64,000 nt of DNA. Origin: a virus. Taxonomy: Duplodnaviria > Caudoviricetes. The notes under the pieces were generated by a model. That model did no database searches. It had not been told where the DNA came from and saw only the letters and a list, made by a program, of their open reading frames with translations. Made by a program: the position numbers and the translations under genes. The stretch lies in the IMG/VR virus record IMGVR_UViG_2627854274_000001, positions 1,087-65,086 of that record. One strand, 5' to 3'. Shown here piece after piece: positions 27,671-35,215 of the stretch (within the stretch, counting starts at the first letter, position 1; the number at the start of each line of letters is the position of its first letter).

Positions 27671-27711
27671 AATAAACCCCCTTAAGGTTTAGTGTTAATT
27701 GGTTAATTGCG

Positions 27712-28502
27712 TGCCACTAGAGGGTATCGCGCCCCCTCATGGTCTAAACAGTGGCGAGAGGGGCGCAACCCTTGCGGATTACGCCCATGAAGATTTGTTC
27801 TTTGGCTAACGCCACCCGCAAAGTGGCGCAGAGGCGCATACGCACCCCCTATAGACTTTTATTGTCCGCATAACCCCCAAACGTAAGACGTTTGTGGTCA
27901 ACCGCTAACGCGACTGATAGGCGCTAAAAACATGTCTGTTCCGCAACCTATTACGCCGTGGTTTACAGCCTATGCCGCCAACCATGCTCACGCATGGCAA
28001 ACATAGGCATTGCCGCTTACAAATCGGCCTCCTCATTGGCGATAGTCTCTCACACTACGCCAAACGTCGGCGGTACCCCCCTTACGAGTTCTCGCGCTCT
28101 ACATTGTCAATCAAGTTCACGTACACTGCCTAGGCAAAATTGGCACTGCCAACCACGCCCACCTAGTGGGCATTATGCACACACCCCGAAAAACGCCGCC
28201 ACCTAACCCCCAAAAGGGGTGAAGCTTAAACTACCGGCCTTCGGTAACACTCTTCTTTTGTCAAACACTCGCAACACTCGCAGACGGGACACTGCACCTC
28301 GGCACAGTGGCCACCGTTCCACACGTGGCAGTTTTCCGGCGCACACACTCGATACGCCCCCCTAACCGTCTCAGGCTAGGCTATGCGGTGCCTAGGCACC
28401 TGACCACCACGGCTTCATCTGCCGGTTGCTACAGCCGGTTGCGAGTGGTGTGGCGAGAGTGTCGCACCGACCTCGCTAGGCTGACTGCCTAACCGGTTGA
28501 TA
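27712..28502 (-). ncRNA. Large structured leader / candidate ncRNA
   Basis: About 800 nt without a credible ORF; many minus-strand hairpins with G-U pairs and GNRA loops; ends in a tRNA-like minihelix. Confidence 0.6.
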
Positions 28503-28508
28503 GCCATC

Positions 28509-28537
28509 ACTATACATACCCAGTTGGATATAATCAA
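28509..28537 (-). promoter_or_regulatory. Sigma70-type leftward promoter
   Basis: TTGATT-17 bp-TATAGT on the minus strand. Confidence 0.65.
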
Positions 28538-28789
28538 ATCAAGGAAACAAACCACATTAAAACGTTGAAATAACACCGTTCTATCGGCGTGTTGAAATAT
28601 GGGTAGGGGGTAAAGAAAACGAAAAAAGAGTTTGGATAGCACAAGAAAAAATAAAGTCAAGCAAGATACCAAAATACGGACAAAAAATATTGAGCGAGAT
28701 AGATATAAATAATAAGGGATACGACACAATGACGCGCATACGTACAACTGTACGAACGAACATTTGTACCATCGAACGAACGTTCTAAC

Positions 28790-28875
28790 CGGGGCTGGGG
28801 GAGGGTCCTCCGGGTGCGCCCGTTGGGGCCGTCGGGTCAATGGTAGAAATAGTGCGCGCCGTCTGAAAAAGTCCG
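28790..28875. other. Putative cos/packaging region
   Basis: GC-rich GGGGCTGGGGGAGGG...GTCTGAAAAA block upstream of HNH and terminase genes; strand skew flips here. Confidence 0.45.
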
Positions 28876-28977
28876 CGCATGAAACGTGACATGACAACGA
28901 CGATGTTGGGTTCACATTGAAATCGTCTTCAGCATACCACGTGACACGCCGTATTCTATGCCGTTTCTATTGCAACG

Positions 28978-29005
28978 TTGACGCAACGTTGGGGGTGAGT
29001 ATGCT
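28978..29005 (+). promoter_or_regulatory. Putative rightward (late) promoter
   Basis: TTGACG-16 bp-TATGCT, overlapped by two CAACGTTG palindromes. Confidence 0.5.
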
Positions 29006-29145
29006 GTCGCATGTCGGAATGAATTTTGGAGGACGCGTGGCGTCCTTGTGGGTGTCATTCCGGCTAGCGGTTCGGTGGTGCTCCTTGTCTCTTGGTTAAG
29101 GATTCCGACCGTTGGGACGTTTGCGTTCATAAGGAGCACCGCTAG

Positions 29146-29232
29146 GGACAGTTGGCTGAGTCTGGTTTAAGGTAGTCGCCTCGAAAGCGACCGACTCTAA
29201 CGGGTCCGGGAGTTCGAATCTCTCACTGTCCG
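29146..29232 (+). tRNA. tRNA-Ser(CGA)
   Basis: Acceptor GGACAGT/ACTGTCC; GTCGC-CTCGAAA-GCGAC; long variable arm; TTCGAAT. Confidence 0.92.
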
Positions 29233-29318
29233 CAGATGGCATCTTCCTAGGTAAGGTGCGATTCGGTTTCAAGTCCAATGCGAGAGGCTTGTTGGTACCG
29301 CCGTTTGATCTCGCACAT

Positions 29319-29416
29319 GGTTCCTATCGCTCTTGTGGGAGTGTTAGTCGCGCGTGGTTTTCTGGCTCTCTTGACCATGCGTGGTGAGATGCCGGTTCGA
29401 ATCCGGCTGGGAGCCC
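29319..29416 (+). ncRNA. tRNA-like RNA with extended anticodon arm
   Basis: GGTTCCTA/TGGGAGCC; T-arm GCCGG-TTCGAAT-CCGGC; 10-bp arm with 15-nt pyrimidine-rich loop. Confidence 0.6.
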
Positions 29417-29552
29417 TTTGAGGGTGGATAAATCCCGGAATATAGTGTGTGTTTTTGGATTGTCCGTGAGATTGCGTCCATCCTCGTTTCTTGTGCCGGC
29501 CCCACCCGGTGTCGCCTATATGGCTGCGCCATTTGTTTTTTGGGGCTGACTT

Positions 29553-29606
29553 GCAATCCTGTTGGCACAGCCTTTTGGTTGTCGGGTTCGATTCCCGAGG
29601 TTTGCT
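29553..29606 (+). ncRNA. Miniature tRNA-like RNA
   Basis: GCAATCC/GGTTTGC; CAGCC-TTTT-GGTTG; T-arm TCGGG-TTCGATT-CCCGA. Confidence 0.45.
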
Positions 29607-29835
29607 CTAGGTTTCATGGGGGTAGCTGCCTGTGAGACCGATGGCATTGCTCGAATGTCCCCGCTGGAACATGTGGGGATAAGAGGCTCCCTGCCTTAAT
29701 CAGGCGGTTGATGACCGAAGGGGAGGCACGGCCAGACGGATGCATATATACATACACGTTCCTTGCCGTTGGTGGTAAAGCCCATTCCACCATGCCGAAC
29801 GTCTTGCCGACTTGGACGTTAACTAAGTCGGGTAT

Positions 29836-29907
29836 ATGGCATTGGTGCAACTGGTAGCATGGCGGTCTCCAAAACCGTCGATGTTGGTTCGAGTCCAACA
29901 TGCTGTG
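29836..29907 (+). tRNA. tRNA-Trp(CCA)
   Basis: GCGGT-CTCCAAA-ACCGT; T-arm GTTGG-TTCGAGT-CCAAC. Confidence 0.88.
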
Positions 29908-30029
29908 CTCAGCCTACCCACAGGTTGTGGGAGAGGTCTTCGGAGTCGTCTTGTGGCGGCTCTAGTTTTAGCTGACCCGCCTAGTCTGCGGGAACAGTCT
30001 CCTGAGTCGCTGCGGCGGCTCTTGCTTTT

Positions 30030-30114
30030 GGATGCTTGGCAGAGTGGCTTATTGCACCACCTCGCTAAGGTGGCGACCGGGAACGGTTCGGGGGTTCGAC
30101 TCCCTCAGCATCCG
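30030..30114 (+). tRNA. tRNA-Ser(GCT) with atypical C33
   Basis: GGATGCT/AGCATCC; CCACC-TCGCTAA-GGTGG; long variable arm. Confidence 0.85.
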
Positions 30115-30238
30115 CGCGCCGTGGCTGGCGGTAAAAAGCCATTTTTTGCCATTGGATTTCCTTATGGCGGTTTGGGTTAGATGACGGGCAATCCCCATGT
30201 TTTGTGGTGAGTGCGGCGTGGGGGTTGTCTGTTCTTTT

Positions 30239-30320
30239 GCTTTGGTGGCGGAATGGTAGACGCGGCGCACTCAAAATGCGTTGTCTTTGTGGCGTGAGGG
30301 TTCGACTCCCTCCTGAAGCA
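30239..30320 (+). tRNA. tRNA-Leu(CAA)
   Basis: GCGGAATGGTAGACGC D-arm; GCGCA-CTCAAAA-TGCGT; A discriminator. Confidence 0.9.
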
Positions 30321-30327
30321 CTGAGGA

Positions 30328-30672
30328 GTGGCGATGACCAACGATTGGAATAAGTCGCATCGTAAGGAACGGTTCAATCCGGGTTGGGAGCGGACGCGTC
30401 GTGAGGTGTTGGATTATTACGGGTGGCGTTGCCAGTATCCGGTGATCGGTGATGATGGCGTGTTGCGTCCGTGTGGCGCTCATGCGAATGAGGTCGATCA
30501 TATCATTCGTGCCGAGGATGGTCAGCCTGATGATGATTCTTGGGATAATCTTCAGGTTCTTTGTCGTGCTCATCATTCTTATAAGACTGGTTTGGAGTCG
30601 GCTGACGCGCGGCGAAGGAAGAGGGTTGAGCGTGAGGAGGCTCGTTGGTACAGGCATCCCGCGTTCGGTTAG
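30328..30672 (+). CDS. HNH endonuclease (terminase-associated)
   Basis: EVDHI...NLQVLCRAHH. Confidence 0.92.
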   Translation: MAMTNDWNKSHRKERFNPGWERTRREVLDYYGWRCQYPVIGDDGVLRPCGAHANEVDHIIRAEDGQPDDDSWDNLQVLCRAHHSYKTGLESADARRRKRVEREEARWYRHPAFG

Positions 30673-31178
30673 CTGAGGGTGAGTGCAGTGTGAATGGGTG
30701 TGATGGGCCTGTTCATGCTCATGGGATGTGTAGGTCTCATTATGATCGTTGGCGGCGTAGTGGCAGTGGTGCCCGTAAGCGTCGTATGAGTCGTGCGTGT
30801 CTGGCGTGTGGCTCTTTTTTTGAGACTGAGCGTCGGGACAAGGCTTTTTGTTCGGCTCGTTGTCGTAAGCGTTTCCAGCGTTTGAAGGCTGAGGGTGCGG
30901 CTCCTAATCGTACTCCGCAGCCGTTGAAGTCGGTGTTGTGGGAGCCTCGGTCGAATGCCCGTGTCGGGCGGCGGGGGAGTGTTCCCACTGGTTTTTGGAC
31001 TGCCGAGGATGAGTGGAACGCGTGTTCTCATACGTGTCCGGTTTGTGGGTTGCCGCTTGACCGGTCGGTTGATGTTTTGAGTGATGATTTTCCGGTTGGC
31101 GCTTGGCGTGTGTCGTTGGAGCAGGGTGGTGAGAACTCGTTGGCTAATCGGATTGTCGTTCATCGCAGGTGCGCGTAG
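30645..31178 (+). CDS. Multi-zinc-finger protein with degenerate HNH-like C-terminus (start uncertain)
   Basis: CSVNGC...CRSHY; CLACG...FCSARC; CPVCG; GGENSLAN...HRRC. Confidence 0.7.
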   Translation: MVQASRVRLAEGECSVNGCDGPVHAHGMCRSHYDRWRRSGSGARKRRMSRACLACGSFFETERRDKAFCSARCRKRFQRLKAEGAAPNRTPQPLKSVLWEPRSNARVGRRGSVPTGFWTAEDEWNACSHTCPVCGLPLDRSVDVLSDDFPVGAWRVSLEQGGENSLANRIVVHRRCA

Positions 31179-31236
31179 TGCCGTAACGGGCTTCGCGCTT
31201 GTCGTCCCGTAATGGGGCTTTGCGGGGAGTGATGTT

Positions 31237-31662
31237 ATGGGCAGGAAGACGAGTGATTCCGGTAATCAGGTTTTGGAGATTCCTGATGGGAAGTTGGGGC
31301 CTGATCTGCCTCCGGCTAACCAGATTTTTCCCAAGGGTGGGGAGTGGTTGCCGTTGGTTGCTCATTGGTACGAGGAGTATCGGCGTAGTCCGAATGCTTC
31401 GATGTTGCGTTCGGCTCCTTCTTGGATGGCTGTCCAGTTGGGTTTCGCGACGATCAATGAGATGCTTTCGACTCGTCGTTATGCGACGTTGATGCCGGTC
31501 GTGCGTCAGTTGTTTGACGAGTTGGGCTGGACCCCGGCTTCGATGCGCGCGTTGAAGTTCGACGTGCCGGAGGCTGACGACCATGCCGCTTCGGATGGTT
31601 CGAATCATGCTGTGATCCAGGATATCGATGCTTGGCGTCGCAAGATCGAGGCGGCTGGCTGA
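31237..31662 (+). CDS. Terminase small subunit
   Basis: Directly before terL; LGWTPASMRAL motif. Confidence 0.75.
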   Translation: MGRKTSDSGNQVLEIPDGKLGPDLPPANQIFPKGGEWLPLVAHWYEEYRRSPNASMLRSAPSWMAVQLGFATINEMLSTRRYATLMPVVRQLFDELGWTPASMRALKFDVPEADDHAASDGSNHAVIQDIDAWRRKIEAAG

Positions 31663-31663
31663 C

Positions 31664-33547
31664 ATGCATTTGATGATTCCTAACCTGACTTATGAGGATA
31701 GGCGTAGGAGTCTTGGACGTTTGGCGTTGTGGTGGGTTGAGACGTTCAGCCTCATCGGTCGCGGTGGTGCGACCGGTAAGCCTGTCACTCATAGTCCTGA
31801 GTATATCCAGTTCTATTTGAACGCCTACGCGTTGAAGCCGAATGGTCGGCGCAGGTTCAATCGTGTGAGCTTGTGGCGTCCGAAGGGTTGCAACAAGAGT
31901 GGCTTGGGCAACGATCTGGCCTTGTTCGAGGCTTTTGGCCCTTGTCGCTTCGACCATTGGGCTAATCCGGGTGAGACGTATACGTTTCTTGGTCAGGCTT
32001 ACTATTACCTGCCAGGTGAGCCTGTTGGTCGTCCTGTCCAGCGTCCTGAGATTCTGTGTTTGGCTACGTCCGAGGACCAGTCGGGCAATATCTTCGATTC
32101 GATTCACTATAACTGCACTTCCGGCCCGTTGGCCCAGTTGCAGGGTTTCGGCATGGAGGTCACGAAGACCCGTATCGGCTTGCCGGAGGGTGGGGAGATT
32201 ATTCCCACGACTTCCGGCGATGCGTCGAAGGATGGTGGTCTTGAGACTTTCGCGTTGATGGATGAGGTGCATCTGTATACGCTGCCGAAGCATCATTCGA
32301 TGTATAAGACGGTTCAGCGTAATCTTCCGAAGCGTTCGTTGGATGCCGACCCTTGGGTGTTGGAGATGACGACGTATTTCCGTCCGGGTCAGAACAGTGT
32401 GGCGGAGAACACGTTGAAGATCGCGGAGGATATTCAGGCTGGCCGTTCCAGGCATTATAAGGGCTTGTACTTCGACTATCGGTATTCGACGCTTCCTATC
32501 GAGGATTTTCCTGATGAGAAGAAGCTTGAGCACGCGTTGTATGAGTCGTATGGCTCTGCCGCCCATTCGGATGATGGTAAGGATTACATCATTCTTCCCG
32601 ATGGGCGTATCGAGGCCGTTGATGCCGATGGCTATTCGGTTGAGGGGTTCTCGCTTCGTGATGATGGCGTCGAGCCGGGGCCGTCGAAGGATGGTTGGGT
32701 TGACATTCATGGTCTGATGGGGCAAATCTACCAGCCTGATTCGGACCCGAATGATTCGATTCGTTATTATTTGAACTCTCGTGCGTCGAGTGAGGATTCG
32801 TGGCTTACGGAGCCTGCGATCCAGTCGCATTTGGCTTACAGGGATTTGTATGGCCGTGCTGTCGGCTCGTCTTCTCGTTTGGATGGGGTCTGGAAGGATT
32901 TCATTGACGAGGATGAGGAGATCACGCTTGGGTTCGATGGTTCGATTCGTAATGATTCGACCGCGTTGGTTGGTTGTCGCGTGTCCGATGGTCTGCTGTT
33001 TCTTATCAAGTTGCAGCAGCGGCCTGATAATGCGGACCCTGATTGGCGTGTTGACCGAGATGGTTTCGATGCCGCCGTGCGTCGTATGTTCGAGAATTAC
33101 AATGTCATCGGCTGTTTCGCCGATGCGCATTTCTTCGAGTCGATGATTGGCGGCTGGGAGGCTGAGTATGGGCGTGGCATGAAGGTGTTCGCCCGTGGCC
33201 AGTCTTCGATGATGAAGTTTTGGACGAATAACTGGTCGCAGGATATGTATCGTGCGTTGCAGTGCGCGCATTCGTCGTTTGAGTATGCTCCCGAGCCTGT
33301 TGAGGAGGGGGAGCCTGACCCGAATAATATTCTTTTGTGTGCCGACCCGCGTCTTGTGTCGCATTTCCGTAACGCGAAGCGGCGTGAGAAGAGTTGGGGC
33401 TATCAGATTCATAAGGAGACGCCTAAGAGTCCGCACAAGATCGATGCGTGCATGGCTGGCGTTTTGGCTTATGCGGCGCGTGAGAAGTATTTGGGCCAGT
33501 TCGAGGATGAGACTCCGCAGCGGGTGATACCGCAGCGGGTCTGGTGA
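31664..33547 (+). CDS. terL: Terminase large subunit
   Basis: RPKGCNKS Walker A; LMDEVH Walker B; LGFDGS and KIDA nuclease motifs. Confidence 0.95.
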   Translation: MHLMIPNLTYEDRRRSLGRLALWWVETFSLIGRGGATGKPVTHSPEYIQFYLNAYALKPNGRRRFNRVSLWRPKGCNKSGLGNDLALFEAFGPCRFDHWANPGETYTFLGQAYYYLPGEPVGRPVQRPEILCLATSEDQSGNIFDSIHYNCTSGPLAQLQGFGMEVTKTRIGLPEGGEIIPTTSGDASKDGGLETFALMDEVHLYTLPKHHSMYKTVQRNLPKRSLDADPWVLEMTTYFRPGQNSVAENTLKIAEDIQAGRSRHYKGLYFDYRYSTLPIEDFPDEKKLEHALYESYGSAAHSDDGKDYIILPDGRIEAVDADGYSVEGFSLRDDGVEPGPSKDGWVDIHGLMGQIYQPDSDPNDSIRYYLNSRASSEDSWLTEPAIQSHLAYRDLYGRAVGSSSRLDGVWKDFIDEDEEITLGFDGSIRNDSTALVGCRVSDGLLFLIKLQQRPDNADPDWRVDRDGFDAAVRRMFENYNVIGCFADAHFFESMIGGWEAEYGRGMKVFARGQSSMMKFWTNNWSQDMYRALQCAHSSFEYAPEPVEEGEPDPNNILLCADPRLVSHFRNAKRREKSWGYQIHKETPKSPHKIDACMAGVLAYAAREKYLGQFEDETPQRVIPQRVW

Positions 33548-33562
33548 TTTTGGGGTGTTCGT

Positions 33563-35215
33563 ATGGCTTCCACATCTTCTAATATGCAGAGTCTTGTTAC
33601 TGGCGATGACGAGCCTGATGGTGATGGTCTGGCGTTGACGCGTCTTGCGACGCGTTTGCAGAATCGTATTCCTGACCTGTGTGTGTTGAAGACGTTTTAT
33701 GACGGTCGTGAGACGGTTCCGTTGCAGTCCGTGCCGAAGGCGGCGACCACGACGGCCAGTGCCGTGTATAGGCGTTTTGTGGATATCTGCCCGTTGAATC
33801 TGGCTCATACGATTGCGGATGCGGTAATCACGTCGCAGCATCCTACCGGTTTTCGTCTTGTCGCCGACAAGACGATGCGGAGCACGGATGCGGATGACAT
33901 GTGGGATAAGTGCGGCATGGATGTCCGTTCGTTGAACATGTTCATGGATGCGGCGATCTACGGTGCCGCGTATGCGATGGTTCTCGGCAAGGAGAATCCT
34001 TCGTATATCCAACGGTTGAGCCCGTGGAGCACGGTTGTGTCCGACGACAAGGATTCGGCTGTGGTGTATGGGTGGTCCGAGGAAGAGCAGATCGAACGGT
34101 TGACTTTGTATCGCATCGTCCGTAATGATGACGGCGAGATTCAGAGCGTCTATTCGCGTACCGCGAAGCATGAGGTCAAGTCGCGCACGTTGCCTTCCGA
34201 TTCGGTCGATGACGAGGATACCGTGTATGACCTTGCCAACGACGATTCGAAGAAGCGTCCAGAGTTCGAGGCGCAGTTCGAGTGGGAGGGCCAGTCTTCC
34301 GGCGATGATTGGAAGTTCGCCCTTGATTGCGGGTGTCTTCCTATCGTGCAGTTGACCACTCCTAACGGCAAGGGCCAGTTCGAGGCTTCCTTGAAGACGT
34401 TGAGGTCCATCGACCAGCAGCGTTTTCAACGGTTCTGCATTCAGGAGATGCAGGCGTTCAAGCAGCGTTGGGTGTCGGGCGACATGCCTGAGTATTACCA
34501 GAAGAGCGACCCTGCGGTCAAGGCCGGTAAGGCTCAGGCCGGTGACAAGATCGACTATTCGGAACTGTTCGAGATGGGTCCCGCCGCGTTGTGGCTGCTT
34601 CCAGCCGATGCGAAGATTGGCGAATCGTCCATTACGGATATCACGCCGGTTGTGAATGCGGCCGCTTCCGATGTGAAGCTTCTGGCAGGTGCCACTGGCA
34701 CTCCGTTGTCGATTCTTTCGCCTGATGTGGCTGGTTCCGCCGAGGGTGCGAAGCTGACGACTCGTATGCTGCGGTTGAAGGTCCGTGACATGAACATGAG
34801 GGCCAATGACGCTTTCGTGCTCCTGTTGAAGATGGCGTTGACCGCTTCCGGCAGTAATGCTTCGGAGGAGCGTTTCGAGACGACTTGGGAGCCGTTGGAG
34901 CTTCCGTCCGAGTTGGAGCAGTGTCAGGCGGCGGCTCAGGTGAAGGGTGTTCTTCCGTTGAAGACCATCGCCCGTCGTTATCTGCATATGACCGAGACGG
35001 AGATCGCGGAGATGATTCAGGATGCTCAGGATACGAGTTTCCTGAATGCCATGGCGCGGCAGAACGCGGCTTTGGATTCGTCGGCGAGGCAGACTGATGC
35101 GACGATGAATGATTCGTATCTGGGTGACGGGTCCGGTTTGGATTCGTTCGCGTCCGATTCTGGTTCTATGGGGGCCGATGATTCATATGGTTCGACCGGT
35201 GGCGGTGAGGTCTGA
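33563..35215 (+). CDS. Portal protein (SPP1 gp6-like)
   Basis: Position; 550 aa; QAFKQRWV and SAEG motifs. Confidence 0.9.
   Translation: MASTSSNMQSLVTGDDEPDGDGLALTRLATRLQNRIPDLCVLKTFYDGRETVPLQSVPKAATTTASAVYRRFVDICPLNLAHTIADAVITSQHPTGFRLVADKTMRSTDADDMWDKCGMDVRSLNMFMDAAIYGAAYAMVLGKENPSYIQRLSPWSTVVSDDKDSAVVYGWSEEEQIERLTLYRIVRNDDGEIQSVYSRTAKHEVKSRTLPSDSVDDEDTVYDLANDDSKKRPEFEAQFEWEGQSSGDDWKFALDCGCLPIVQLTTPNGKGQFEASLKTLRSIDQQRFQRFCIQEMQAFKQRWVSGDMPEYYQKSDPAVKAGKAQAGDKIDYSELFEMGPAALWLLPADAKIGESSITDITPVVNAAASDVKLLAGATGTPLSILSPDVAGSAEGAKLTTRMLRLKVRDMNMRANDAFVLLLKMALTASGSNASEERFETTWEPLELPSELEQCQAAAQVKGVLPLKTIARRYLHMTETEIAEMIQDAQDTSFLNAMARQNAALDSSARQTDATMNDSYLGDGSGLDSFASDSGSMGADDSYGSTGGGEV

Noticed and set aside
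28560-28925. TTGAAAT/ATTGAAAT-ending segments as type I-C repeat mimics
   Set aside because: Only the 3' handle resembles the repeat; hairpins are weak and the segments lie upstream of both predicted promoters
31454-34987. 1177-aa antisense ORF
   Set aside because: Shadow of terminase and portal genes in high-GC DNA; no recognisable motifs
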